Source of the DNA: Armatimonadota bacterium
GTDB taxonomy: Bacteria; Armatimonadota; SYMT01
Assembly: GCA_041690135.1 (NCBI GenBank)
Contig: JAWLHY010000008.1
Span: forward strand, 96,001-160,000
Length of the DNA stretch: 64,000 nt
Reading direction: 5' to 3'
Under the pieces are notes generated by a model. That model searched no databases, had not been told where the DNA came from, and saw only the letters and a list, made by a program, of their open reading frames with translations. Numbering within the stretch: position 1 is the first letter of the stretch; the number at the start of each line of letters is the position of its first letter. The translations under genes and the position numbers were made by a program. Below are positions 1-9,975 of the stretch, piece after piece.

Positions 1-213
1 AAGCGATCCTCTCCGACTTCCCCTGCGACGGCCCCGCTGCCGGGACTCGTTCACGGAGTAGTTCGTGGGAAAGATCCCGGTTTTCCTGCCGGAACTCCCT
101 CAACTGGAGCACGACCGGTTTCGGCAGTCGCAGGGCTCTGCCGCCCCTCCAGGGCTCTTTGTGCCGGCGTCACGTGCGCGGGTCTGCACTTCGCGGCACG
201 CACTATCCGATGG

Positions 214-1212
214 CTATTTTTCGGCGGAGAGCAGGGAGTAGTAGCCGTAGGTCGGCGTCACTGTGACTTTGTGGAAGTCGGCAGCGCGGAGCATCTCGTC
301 CAGTTCCGCGGCGCTGTACTGCTTGCCGCGGGTGTTCAGCACCATCGAGAGGGAGAAGGAAGCCGCGGGGAGGGGGCCCGACTTCGTATCCGCGAGCAGC
401 ATTTCGTGGAGGTAGATCGTCCCGCCGGGCGGCAGCACCGCGTAAGCCTTGCAGGCGAGTTCGCGGCAGCGTTCCGGATCCCAATCGTGGAAGATGTTGC
501 TGAAGAAGAGAGCGTCATAGCCGGTGGGCCAGGGGTCGCGGAACATATCGGCCGACAGGGTGTCGATGCGATCGGCCACCCCGGCGGCGGTGGCGTATTC
601 GCGAGCCAGGTCGCACACCTCCGGCAGGTCCATCACGGTGCCATGCAGATCCGGGTACCGGTGGGCGAGCGCGATGCAGAAGCAGCCGGAACCGCCGCCC
701 ACGTCCAGGAGCCTGCGCACGCCGGTGAAGTCCCCGTGTCGGGCTACCCCGGTGGCGGCGGGATAGGAATGGCTGTGCATCGCCCGGGTGAAAGCCCGGA
801 CGCGCTCCGGGTCGACCTGCCCCCGCTCCCAGGCATCGGTGATCCTTTCCCGGTCGATGTCGGACTGCAGGGCTGCGCGGATCGCTTCGGTGGCCGGATG
901 GGCGCGGAGGCGATGGAGCATGCCGCCCCAGTAGAAAGGGTTCTCCGGCAGCAGGTAGTTCCGCGAGAGGTCCGTGAGGTGGAAGCGGTCCAGGTGGTGG
1001 GACAAGAGCCCCAGCGAGGTCAGAATTCCCAACACCGCTTCGGTCCCACGCTTGGAGAACGCAAGGACCTCCGCAACCTCCTCCTGAGTCCGGGGCTCCC
1101 GGGCGAGGAAAGGAAAAAGGCCGACTTCATCCGCGAGGCAAAGCACGGGCGCGTGATGGAAGGAGAGCCAGAGGTCCCAAAGGGGGCGGTCGTCACAGGT
1201 GGGAGGCTGCAT
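214..1212 (-). CDS. SAM-dependent O-methyltransferase (Methyltransf_2 family with N-terminal dimerisation domain)
   Basis: LLDVGGGSG SAM-binding motif, VMDLPEV, ADMFRDPWP, SNIFHDW. Start trimmed to ATG at 1212 (MQPPTCDD), 5 nt downstream of the kinase stop. Confidence 0.9.
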   Translation of the reverse strand: MQPPTCDDRPLWDLWLSFHHAPVLCLADEVGLFPFLAREPRTQEEVAEVLAFSKRGTEAVLGILTSLGLLSHHLDRFHLTDLSRNYLLPENPFYWGGMLHRLRAHPATEAIRAALQSDIDRERITDAWERGQVDPERVRAFTRAMHSHSYPAATGVARHGDFTGVRRLLDVGGGSGCFCIALAHRYPDLHGTVMDLPEVCDLAREYATAAGVADRIDTLSADMFRDPWPTGYDALFFSNIFHDWDPERCRELACKAYAVLPPGGTIYLHEMLLADTKSGPLPAASFSLSMVLNTRGKQYSAAELDEMLRAADFHKVTVTPTYGYYSLLSAEK

Positions 1213-1217
1213 GGGCG

Positions 1218-3923
1218 TTACGAGACTTCTCGGGGTCGGGAGCCGTTCAACAGTTCGTGGAGCAGTTTGAGGAGCGTTTCGGGGTCCACCGGCTTGGCCA
1301 GGTAGCGGTCGAACCCCGCCCTCCGGCCCCGATCGGCGTCTTCTGCCTGGGCATATCCGGAAATCGCGACCAGGCATGCCTCCGCAGTAGCGGCCTCCTG
1401 GCGCAGGGCCTTCGCGACCGAATACCCGTCCATTCCGGGCAGGCCGATATCACACAGTACGGCGTGCGGCGACCAGTCCCGGGCGATCTCGACTCCGCTG
1501 ACGCCATCCAGGGCCAACCGTATCTCGTAGCCCTCGTCGGACAGGAGCTCGCCCAGGGTCTCCGCCGCGTCCCGGTTATCTTCGATGATCAGAATGCGGC
1601 AGTCTGCGGCCACCGGGAGAGCAGGCTCCGGGAGCACCTGCGGCGGAGAGGGTCGAACCGATTCCACTCCGGTCGTCCGGGGGAGAGTGAAGGTGAATTC
1701 GGCGCCCTGGCCGGGGCCCGCACTGGCAGCGGACACTGTGCCACCATGCATTTCGACGACCCCTTTCACCAGGGCCAATCCCAGTCCCAGGCCACCACCG
1801 CTGCGCGCCATGTCCTGTTTCCCCTGGACAAAGCTGTCCCAGATGGTGGGAAGGATCTCCGGGGAGATACCGGCTCCGGTATCGGTCACGGTGATCACAG
1901 CCCGTTCCTCGTTCTCGACGCGATCGGTATGGAGGGCGACGGTGATCCGGCCGCCGGCTGGGGTAAACTTGCCGGCATTGCCGAGGAGGTTCCCCAGGGC
2001 CTGGCAAAGGCGCACGTGGTCGCCGTACACGCACACAGGCTCCGACGGCAGCTCCAACCGCACCGCGATCCCCCGGTGCTCCAGCTCTTCCTGGTAGTCT
2101 TCCACACAGCTCCGGGCCGACGCCGCAAGGTCCAGGATCTCCCGCTGGAGGGAGAGCTTTCCCCGGTTGATCCGGGATACGTCCAGGAGATCGGACACCA
2201 GCCGGGCCATGTGCTCCACCTGTCGCCGAATGACCTCCCGGTGGCGCTCGAGGACCGGGTCGGCGGAGCCGCGCGCGCGAAGGACCGCCACCGAGTTCAG
2301 TATGGGGCCCAGCGGGTTCCGGAGTTCGTGGGCCAACATCGCCAGGAACTCATCCTTCCGGCGCGAAGCCTCGCGAACGGCCTGTGCGGCCTGGACTTGT
2401 TCCGTAATGTCGCGCGTTACGACGAGGAGCGAGCTGGGTGAGGCGCCGGGGTCCGCACCGTTTGGGGACTCGTCGGTGAACTCCGGAATGAACCGGGACT
2501 CGAAGTGGCGCACCTCGCCCTCGGGAGACGTGAAAGGAAACTGGATGGTCCGCGGTCGCCCTTCCACGAACACGGCTTCCATTTCCGCATCCCAGTAATC
2601 ACACAGGTCCGGGGGCATTCCGAGATCCCGGTTCGTCTTCCCCAGATAGTCGACAGGCGTCAGTCCCGTAAATCGGGTAATCGAGGGGCATATGAACTGG
2701 TGACGAAGCTCCCGATCTACCCGCGAGACGATATCCGGCAAATTATCCACCAGTGTGGACAGGCGACGTTCGGAAAGGCGTAGACGCTCCTCCGACTGGC
2801 GGAGTGCTTCCTCCACCCGCTTGAGATCATCCACGTTAACCGCCGTGCCGAACCAGCGGACGATCGCGCCAGACGCATCCCGGATGGCTTGTCCCCGGAC
2901 CTTGAACCACTCGTACACTCCATCCCGGCGCCGCACCCGGTACTCCAGGTCATACTGCCCGCGCCCTTCCACGGCCGCCCGCCAGGCCGCGAAGGCGCGC
3001 TCTCGATCAGCGGGATGTACTACCTGGATCCATCCCTCCCCGAGATGGGCTTCCGCGGGGATGCCGGTGAACTCCACCCATTGTTCACTGACGTAATCGC
3101 ACGACCCGTCCGGCCGGTTGGTGAAGGTCATCCCAGGGATCGATTCCAGTGTCTGGCGGTAAAACGACTCGCTGCTCCGCAGCGCCTCTTCCATCCGCCG
3201 GCGCTCCGTGATGTCCGTGCCGGAGGGGATCAGATGAGTGATCCGTCCTTCCGCGTCGCGGAGAGGGGCTATCTGGAAATCGATCGTCATCCGGCTATCG
3301 CCGGCGACCCGGACGGTCGCGTCGTAGCGGACGGTCTCGCCTCGGGCCGCCCGCTCACATGCGTCGCGCACCCGGTCTCGGACCTCGTCGGCGTAATTCC
3401 ACCAGTAGCAGTCCCAAAACTTCTTCCCGCGGACTTCGTCCAGCGCTATCCCCGCAGCCCGCAGTGGGGCCTCGTTGGCGTCGATCAGGGCGCCATCTGG
3501 CTCCAGCATGCCCACAAAGGCGAACAGATTGTTCAGCACCCGCCGTAGGTGCTGCTCGGAGGCATGTGTTTGCCGCAGGCTTTCTTCGCTGCGTTGCCGC
3601 GCGCGATGCAGCAGGGAGATGACCCAACTGACGGCCAGGCCGACCGAAAAGAATAGGGAAAGGACCAGCCAATCGACGGGCTGACTCAGGCTCCACTGGG
3701 AGAAAGGGGGAAGGAAAAGGAAACTGCCCAGCAACGCTGCCAGGCCGCTGGCTACCGCTCCCGGTCCGAACCCACCATACCAGGCGGCCAGCATGATGGC
3801 CGGTAGGAGCAGCAAAAGTGGCGCTTCCGCTCCCAGGAGTGGCCAAAGAGCGGACCGGAGGACGACGAAGACCAGGGTGGTGAGAACGGCCACCCCGTAG
3901 CGCAGGAGCGGTGGATGGGTCAT
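1218..3923 (-). CDS. Hybrid sensor histidine kinase (DUF4118-like TM region, 3 PAS/PAC, HisKA, HATPase, REC)
   Basis: Hydrophobic N-terminus, PAS/PAC repeats, FLAMLAHELRNPL H-box, NLLGNAGKF N-box, DTGAGI and GGLGLGL G-boxes, C-terminal receiver (IIEDN...CDIGLPGMDG...KP). Confidence 0.95.
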   Translation of the reverse strand: MTHPPLLRYGVAVLTTLVFVVLRSALWPLLGAEAPLLLLLPAIMLAAWYGGFGPGAVASGLAALLGSFLFLPPFSQWSLSQPVDWLVLSLFFSVGLAVSWVISLLHRARQRSEESLRQTHASEQHLRRVLNNLFAFVGMLEPDGALIDANEAPLRAAGIALDEVRGKKFWDCYWWNYADEVRDRVRDACERAARGETVRYDATVRVAGDSRMTIDFQIAPLRDAEGRITHLIPSGTDITERRRMEEALRSSESFYRQTLESIPGMTFTNRPDGSCDYVSEQWVEFTGIPAEAHLGEGWIQVVHPADRERAFAAWRAAVEGRGQYDLEYRVRRRDGVYEWFKVRGQAIRDASGAIVRWFGTAVNVDDLKRVEEALRQSEERLRLSERRLSTLVDNLPDIVSRVDRELRHQFICPSITRFTGLTPVDYLGKTNRDLGMPPDLCDYWDAEMEAVFVEGRPRTIQFPFTSPEGEVRHFESRFIPEFTDESPNGADPGASPSSLLVVTRDITEQVQAAQAVREASRRKDEFLAMLAHELRNPLGPILNSVAVLRARGSADPVLERHREVIRRQVEHMARLVSDLLDVSRINRGKLSLQREILDLAASARSCVEDYQEELEHRGIAVRLELPSEPVCVYGDHVRLCQALGNLLGNAGKFTPAGGRITVALHTDRVENEERAVITVTDTGAGISPEILPTIWDSFVQGKQDMARSGGGLGLGLALVKGVVEMHGGTVSAASAGPGQGAEFTFTLPRTTGVESVRPSPPQVLPEPALPVAADCRILIIEDNRDAAETLGELLSDEGYEIRLALDGVSGVEIARDWSPHAVLCDIGLPGMDGYSVAKALRQEAATAEACLVAISGYAQAEDADRGRRAGFDRYLAKPVDPETLLKLLHELLNGSRPREVS

Positions 3924-6355
3924 GTCCCCGCCTTCGGGTAGTGAAGGGATTCTTTTAGGGTCCGCAGCAGTTCGGCGGGGTCCGTGGGTTTGGGCAGGTA
4001 ATGGTCGAAGCCGGCAGCGCGGCCACGCTCTCGGCTTTCCGGCTCCGCGTAACCCGTAAGAGCGATCAGGACGGCATCCGCCGTCCGGGGATCGGCCCGA
4101 AGCGACTCCGTCACCCGGTACCCGTCCATCTCCGGCAAGCCGATGTCGCAGAGCACCACATGGGGTGTCCAGGTGTGAGCCAGTCCTAACCCCTCGGGCC
4201 CGGAGAACGCCAGCCGCACTTCGTAACCGGTGAGCTGCAGCAGGTCCTGGAGAGACTCCGCGGCGTCGCGGTTGTCCTCAATGATCAGCACCCGGCAGGG
4301 TCGCTCACTGGGGAGCGTGGGGGTTTGAACGGGTTCGTGTGGGATGGAGAGCTTGGCCACGGGCAGCGTCCGCAGCGGCAACCGGAGGACGAACTGGGCG
4401 CCGGGGCTGGGAGCGGGACTGGAGGCGAATACGGTGCCTCCGTGCAGTTCTATGATGCCCCTGACGAGGCTTAGGCCCAGGCCGAGCCCTCCGGTGGTGC
4501 GGGCCAACTCCTGCTCGCCCTGCACGAAGCTCTCCCAGATCCTTGGTAGCAGGTCCGCGGGAATGCCCACTCCCGTATCACGGACGACGATCCGCACCTG
4601 ATCGGTGCGATCCTCCTCCCGGCACAGTTCCACTTCGACCCGACCGCCGGCCGGGGTGAACTTGCCTGCGTTACTGAGGAGGTTGGCGACGGCCTGGCAC
4701 AAGCGGACCGGATCTCCATCCAAAAGCAAAGGCTCCCGCGGGAGGCGGACCTCCAGGATGAGGCCCTTGCCCTCGAGTTCGTCGCGGTAATCCTCCACGC
4801 ACTGGCGCACGATCTCCACCAGATTGACCGGTTCCAGTTGCAGCGAGAGCTTACCCTGGTTGATCCGGGAAACGTCGAGCAAGTCGGAGACTAACCGGGC
4901 CATATGGCGGGCCTGGCGCTGGATGATGGCCTCCTGGCGCTTCAGGAGAGGGTCGTTCGGGCCGTGGGCCTCCAGGACGGCGGCCGCGGTAACGATGGGC
5001 GCGAGAGGGTTCCGCAGCTCGTGGGCCAGCATCGCCAGGAATTCATCTTTCCGTCGGTTGGCCTCCCGCAGCTCTTCCTCAACGGCGCGCTGCGAGGTGA
5101 CATCCGTGTTGGTGCCGAACCAGCGCGTGACCTTACCCGTTTCGTCGCGGATTGGAATGGCGCGGGAAAGGAACCAGCGGTACTCACCGCTTTTGCTCCG
5201 CAACGGGAAGGTATCTTCCCAGACCTCGCCCGTGTCCCAGGAGCGCTGGATGCGCTCCACCACACGAAGCAAATGATCCGGATGGTGCACCTTCTGCCAG
5301 CCCCAGCCCTGCATCTCTTCTAGCGTGGTGCCAGTGTACTCAAACCAACGCCGGTTGTACCAGAAGATCCACCCGGTCGAGTCGGCCATCCACGCGAGCT
5401 GCGCAATGTTATCGGCCAGGGTCCGGAACCGTTCTTCGCTCTCGGACAGGGCCAGTGCGGCACGTCGTTGCTCGGTAATGTCCTTGAAGACGAGGGCGAA
5501 CCGTCCCCGTGGCGCTACGGGGGTGGCGAATACGTCGAACCAACGCTCCATCGCCTCCGAGCCGCTAACGAACCGCAGCGTTTCGCCGTCGAGGGCCACG
5601 TGGGCGTAAGTATTCACCCACTTCGGCTCCAGGTCCGGGACCAGTTCGTAGGCCGTTCTGCCCGTGGCGTCCCTCAGCCCGGTCATCTCCTCAAAGAGCG
5701 GGTTGACCTCCAGAAACCGGTAGTCCACCGGCCGGCCCTGGGCATCCTGGATTATCTCCGCAAGGCAATATCCCTCATCGATGGAGGAAAACAGGGCCCG
5801 GAATCGCTCCTCTCGCTCCCGCTGCGCCTCCTCGGCTTGCTGGGTTCCGGTCAGGTCTACCATGTTGACGACGTGCAGGATGACCCGCTCCGTGCGGTCA
5901 CGGATGGGTACGACACCGTACTTGATGAAACGCCGCTCTCCGCTGACACGGCGAATCAGGAGCACGTCGAAGTCGCGGACGTACTCCCCGCGCATTGCGC
6001 GCGCCAGCGGCCAATCCTCGAGTGGCATCGCGCTCCCGTCCGGATAACACAGCTCGAAGTACGCCACATAACGGTCCAGGTGATCGAACATCTCGGCTTC
6101 AGAAGCGAACCCGTGGATCCGCAGTCCTTCTGCATTCAGTGAGAGGATCGTGCCCTGTGGGTCCGTCAGACCAATGCCGACGGGAATACTCTCGATGACG
6201 GCTCGCAGCTTCTCCTGTTCCAAGCGCAGTGCTTCTTGCGCTTCGCGGAGTTCCTGAAGTTCGGTCAGGAGCTCACGGCCACATTCCGGCCCTGTTACGT
6301 CCGCGTCCGGGTGCGCTTCAGCGTTTGGTTCGTGATGGGGACGGGACTCCGGCAT
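3920..6355 (-). CDS. Cytoplasmic hybrid histidine kinase (3 PAS, HisKA, HATPase, REC)
   Basis: PAS/PAC repeats, FLAMLAHELRNPL, NLLSNAGKF, GGLGLGL, receiver CDIGLPEMDG. 4-nt ATGA overlap with the next kinase. Confidence 0.95.
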   Translation of the reverse strand: MPESRPHHEPNAEAHPDADVTGPECGRELLTELQELREAQEALRLEQEKLRAVIESIPVGIGLTDPQGTILSLNAEGLRIHGFASEAEMFDHLDRYVAYFELCYPDGSAMPLEDWPLARAMRGEYVRDFDVLLIRRVSGERRFIKYGVVPIRDRTERVILHVVNMVDLTGTQQAEEAQREREERFRALFSSIDEGYCLAEIIQDAQGRPVDYRFLEVNPLFEEMTGLRDATGRTAYELVPDLEPKWVNTYAHVALDGETLRFVSGSEAMERWFDVFATPVAPRGRFALVFKDITEQRRAALALSESEERFRTLADNIAQLAWMADSTGWIFWYNRRWFEYTGTTLEEMQGWGWQKVHHPDHLLRVVERIQRSWDTGEVWEDTFPLRSKSGEYRWFLSRAIPIRDETGKVTRWFGTNTDVTSQRAVEEELREANRRKDEFLAMLAHELRNPLAPIVTAAAVLEAHGPNDPLLKRQEAIIQRQARHMARLVSDLLDVSRINQGKLSLQLEPVNLVEIVRQCVEDYRDELEGKGLILEVRLPREPLLLDGDPVRLCQAVANLLSNAGKFTPAGGRVEVELCREEDRTDQVRIVVRDTGVGIPADLLPRIWESFVQGEQELARTTGGLGLGLSLVRGIIELHGGTVFASSPAPSPGAQFVLRLPLRTLPVAKLSIPHEPVQTPTLPSERPCRVLIIEDNRDAAESLQDLLQLTGYEVRLAFSGPEGLGLAHTWTPHVVLCDIGLPEMDGYRVTESLRADPRTADAVLIALTGYAEPESRERGRAAGFDHYLPKPTDPAELLRTLKESLHYPKAGT

Positions 6356-6657
6356 TCATGAACTCCAGATCGCTTCGGCACAGGCGTCGCTGCCGATCCG
6401 CTACGAAGCTAAGATAGTTTACGGCATGATCGGGAAGGGCGGATCGTCCTTCGAAACGTTGGTGAACGGGTTCGTCGGCCGCACCTTTTCGGATACTCCT
6501 GGATGGGAGCAGTGCCCCGGTAACTTGAGCGCGCCTTCCCTGAACGCATCCATTCATAGAGAGGAGTCCTGCCGGATCAGGCACAACAAGCAGGAGCGGA
6601 GTGGCGAACGGCGAGCCGGTGAGCGGAGATCTCGCCGCGATGTAAGGAGAGCAGGGG

Positions 6658-7950
6658 ATGGCGACGGACCGACGGCGGGTCGTAGTAACGGGCATGTCAA
6701 TCAACACCCCGCTTGGCGACGACCTGGACACCTTCTACGCGGCACTCCTCGCGGGCCGTTCGGCCATCACCCGGTGGAAGTTCTTCGAGCACGAGGGCGT
6801 CTACTCCAAGGTCGGCGGTGACCTCTCCGATTATGATTTCGGCGCGAAGCTCTCCGCACTGCGGGCGCGGCTTCCGGAAAGCCTGGGACTCCGGCTGCGG
6901 CAACTGTGCCGGAAAGCTCCGTTCTCCACGCGCCTTTCGATGCTGGCCGCGGCGGATGCCTGGCTGGATGCCGGGCTGGATGCGGGTATCGATCCGGCCC
7001 GCGGCGCGGTCCTGATTGGCGGGCACAACCTCAATACCCGGTACCTGATCGAGAACTACAACGTTTTTCGGGATGAGCCGGATTACATCGACTCGCAGGG
7101 AGCGTTGCTGACGCTGGATACGGACCATGCCGGCTCGGTGAGCGAGGTCCTGGGTTGGCACGGGGCGGCTTACACGATGGGTGGCGCATGCGCGAGCGCC
7201 AACCTCGCACTGCGGAGCGCCCTGGATGAGATCCGCTACCACGATCACGACATGGCGATGCTGGTCGGCGGCGTGCTCGATTTTACCGATATGGACCTTC
7301 ACGCGATGGCGCTCATCGGCGCCATCACCGTCCAGAGCTTCAATGACGATCCGGAGCGGGCCAGCCGTCCTTACGATGTGCGGCGGGAGGGGTTCGTCCC
7401 CTCTCACGGCACCGCCGGGCTGGTGCTGGAAGAATTGGAGCACGCGCGGGCCCGTGGCGCCCGGATCTACGCGGAAGTGCTGGGTTGCACCGCCACGGCC
7501 GACGGGTGTCACCTGCCTTCTCCTTCGACGGCGGGCCAGGCGCGGACGATCTCTCGCCTGTTGGATGAGACCAGGGTCGCGCCGGAAGAGGTCGACTTCG
7601 TCTCCGCGCACGCCACGTCCACGCCACTCGGGGATCTTTCCGAACTCCAGGCGATCAAACAGGTCTTCCAGGAGCACGCTTACCACCTCCGGATCAACGC
7701 GCCGAAGTCGATGCTGGGGCATACTTGCTGGTCGGCACCGGTGGTGGAAACGGTGGCGGCGCTCCTGCAACTGCGGGGCGGTCGGCTCCACCCCTCGATC
7801 AACATCGAGGAACTGGACCCGCAGGTCGATCTGGACATCTGCGCAGACGGACCCGTGGACCACGCGGCAAACGTAATCCTGAAGAACTCATTCGGCTTCG
7901 GCGGGCTGAACTGTTGTGCACTTTTCCGGCGGCTCGAGATGGCCGGTTAG
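6658..7950 (+). CDS. Free-standing beta-ketoacyl-ACP synthase (FabF/PksF-like KS) with active-site Cys retained
   Basis: RRVVVTG start, GGACASAN (catalytic Cys), SRPYDVRREGFV, HATSTPLGD, KSMLGH, NSFGFGG. AAGGAG RBS upstream. Confidence 0.93.
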   Translation: MATDRRRVVVTGMSINTPLGDDLDTFYAALLAGRSAITRWKFFEHEGVYSKVGGDLSDYDFGAKLSALRARLPESLGLRLRQLCRKAPFSTRLSMLAAADAWLDAGLDAGIDPARGAVLIGGHNLNTRYLIENYNVFRDEPDYIDSQGALLTLDTDHAGSVSEVLGWHGAAYTMGGACASANLALRSALDEIRYHDHDMAMLVGGVLDFTDMDLHAMALIGAITVQSFNDDPERASRPYDVRREGFVPSHGTAGLVLEELEHARARGARIYAEVLGCTATADGCHLPSPSTAGQARTISRLLDETRVAPEEVDFVSAHATSTPLGDLSELQAIKQVFQEHAYHLRINAPKSMLGHTCWSAPVVETVAALLQLRGGRLHPSINIEELDPQVDLDICADGPVDHAANVILKNSFGFGGLNCCALFRRLEMAG

Positions 7951-7966
7951 CGATTTCGGGGGCTCG

Positions 7967-8713
7967 ATGGTTTTCTTTGTCACGGGGGGATCGCGCGGGA
8001 TCGGATCCGAGATCGTCCTGCAGGCAGTGGCCGCCGGTCACGACGTGGCTTTTACCTACGTCCGGGACCAGGCAGCGGCGGAAGATGTGCTCCGGCGGGC
8101 GCGCGAGGTGCGCCCGGCCGGCCGGTGTGCCGCCTATCAACTGGACGTGGCCGATGCGGCCCAGGTGGAGCGGGTGGGCGACCGCGTGCTGGAAGACTTC
8201 GACACCGTGGACGCGGTGGTGAACTGCGCGGGGATCCGGCGCGATAACCTGGCGGTGTCGATGGCGGACGAGGAATGGGCGGAAGTCCTGGCGGCCAACC
8301 TTACGGGGCCGTTCTACGTCTGTCGCCAGTTCCTGCCGACGATGCTGGCGAACCGTTTCGGGCGGATCGTGAACATCTCCTCGGTCCAGTACAACGGGGG
8401 CACGGGGCAGGCCAACTACGCCGCGAGCAAGGCAGGTCTCCACGGCCTCACCCTGACACTGGCGAAGGAATACGGCCGGAAAGGGATCACGGCGAACGTC
8501 ATAGTGCCGGGGTTCTTCGAGACGGATATGACCCGGGATACGCTGCCCGACGCTCTCCCGGAACACTGGCGGAAGCACTGCCCGATGCCGGGAGGGCGGT
8601 TCGGGCGCCTCTCGGAGCTGGCGGGGACCGTGCTCTTCCTCACCTCGGAAGCCGGCGGCTTCATCAATGGCGAGATCCTGCACGTCACCGGCGGCCTCAA
8701 CCACACCCTCTGA
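7967..8713 (+). CDS. fabG: 3-oxoacyl-ACP reductase (FabG-like SDR)
   Basis: TGGSRGIG, NCAGI, NISS, GQANYAASKAG, PGFFETDMT. Start trimmed to ATG 7967. Confidence 0.88.
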   Translation: MVFFVTGGSRGIGSEIVLQAVAAGHDVAFTYVRDQAAAEDVLRRAREVRPAGRCAAYQLDVADAAQVERVGDRVLEDFDTVDAVVNCAGIRRDNLAVSMADEEWAEVLAANLTGPFYVCRQFLPTMLANRFGRIVNISSVQYNGGTGQANYAASKAGLHGLTLTLAKEYGRKGITANVIVPGFFETDMTRDTLPDALPEHWRKHCPMPGGRFGRLSELAGTVLFLTSEAGGFINGEILHVTGGLNHTL

Positions 8714-8726
8714 CCGGGAACCACTG

Positions 8727-9971
8727 ATGAGTTATCCTCCGCGCCCGGATCGCGTCGGTATCGAGAAGATCGCGGCCTACCCGTGCACGCTATCGCTGGA
8801 TCTCCGGCTCCTGGCGGAGAAGCGTGGGGACCCGCCGGACTATCCTCGGAACGAGCTGAACGTGGAGACACGCTCGGTAAACCCGCCCTGGGAAGACCCG
8901 GTCACCATGGCCGTGAATGCCGCACAGACACTGCTCGGCGCGGGGAATCCGGAAGAAATCGGTCTGGTGCTCGTCGGGACGGAGTCGTCCCCGGATTTCG
9001 GCAAACCGATCTCCTCCTACGTCCAGCGGTTCTGCGAGATCCCCGCGAATTGCCGGAACCTGGAGACCAAGCACGCGTGCTACAGCGGCACCGGAGCCTT
9101 GATGCTGGCCGCGCACTGGATAGCGTCCGGCCTGCACCGGGGGAAGAAGGCGCTGGTCATCACCACCGATCAGAGCCGGGTGCACCTGGAGAAGCGATGG
9201 GAGTACGTGCTCGGCGCCGGAGCGGTGGCGATGCTCGTGAGCGACCAGCCGGACGTGCTGGAACTGGAACTGGAGCACAACGGTTATTGGAGCGCCGAGC
9301 TGGCCGACACCTACCGTCCCACGTCCACCGCGGAGGTGGGGCACGCCGAAACCAGCCTCTTCGGATACCTCGAAGCGCTGGAGAACACGTATGAGGCCTA
9401 CCTCGCTCAAGCGGGACCGGTGGAGTACACCTCCCATTTCAAGAGACACATCTATCACGTCCCCTTTGGTGGGATGACCCTTCGCGCCCACCGGGCTCTC
9501 CTCCGGCGCGAGGGCATCACCCGGGCTTCCGAAGTGCGGGCCAGCTTCGAGGAGCGGGTGCGGCCGTCGCTGCATTACACCGCGCGGATGGGCGGCACGT
9601 ACGGCTCGGCCACTTTCCTCGCGTTGATGAGCCTGATCGACTCCAGCGACGATCTGGGGCCCGGCGATCGCATCAGTCTCTTCTCCTACGGGTCCGGCTC
9701 CTGCGCGGAGTTCTACAGCGCGCGCATCGGACCACGCGCGCGGGCGGTGGTGGGTGCGGCGGGGCTCGCGCGGGCGCTGGAGGAGCGGGAAACCCTCACC
9801 GTGGAGGCCTACGAGCAGATCGAGCGTGAACGCTTCGCGGCGATCGATCGGTGCGACTACACGCCGGACCTGGGCCTGCCCGGAGGACTCTATGCACGGA
9901 AGTATGCCGGATGCCGGCGGCTGGTGCTGGAAAGTGTCACCGGGTATCAGCGCAACTACGGGTGGAGCTGA
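8727..9971 (+). CDS. Hydroxymethylglutaryl-ACP synthase (PksG/HCS-type beta-branching enzyme)
   Basis: VGIEKIAAY, EDPVTMAVNAA, TESSPDFGK (Glu), ETKHACYSGT (Cys), YHVPF (His), FSYGSGSCAEFYS. Confidence 0.93.
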   Translation: MSYPPRPDRVGIEKIAAYPCTLSLDLRLLAEKRGDPPDYPRNELNVETRSVNPPWEDPVTMAVNAAQTLLGAGNPEEIGLVLVGTESSPDFGKPISSYVQRFCEIPANCRNLETKHACYSGTGALMLAAHWIASGLHRGKKALVITTDQSRVHLEKRWEYVLGAGAVAMLVSDQPDVLELELEHNGYWSAELADTYRPTSTAEVGHAETSLFGYLEALENTYEAYLAQAGPVEYTSHFKRHIYHVPFGGMTLRAHRALLRREGITRASEVRASFEERVRPSLHYTARMGGTYGSATFLALMSLIDSSDDLGPGDRISLFSYGSGSCAEFYSARIGPRARAVVGAAGLARALEERETLTVEAYEQIERERFAAIDRCDYTPDLGLPGGLYARKYAGCRRLVLESVTGYQRNYGWS

Positions 9972-9975
9972 ACGG

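Noticed and set aside
6356-6657. Small ORF or leader RNA upstream of the KS
   Set aside because: ORFs 6426-6821 and 6318-6731 overlap real genes and lack motifs. The hairpins are short and expected at this GC content.
8727-9971. Mevalonate-pathway mvaS
   Set aside because: No HMG-CoA reductase or mevalonate kinases are nearby. The PksG-like motifs and adjacent ECH1/ECH2/ACP indicate beta-branching.
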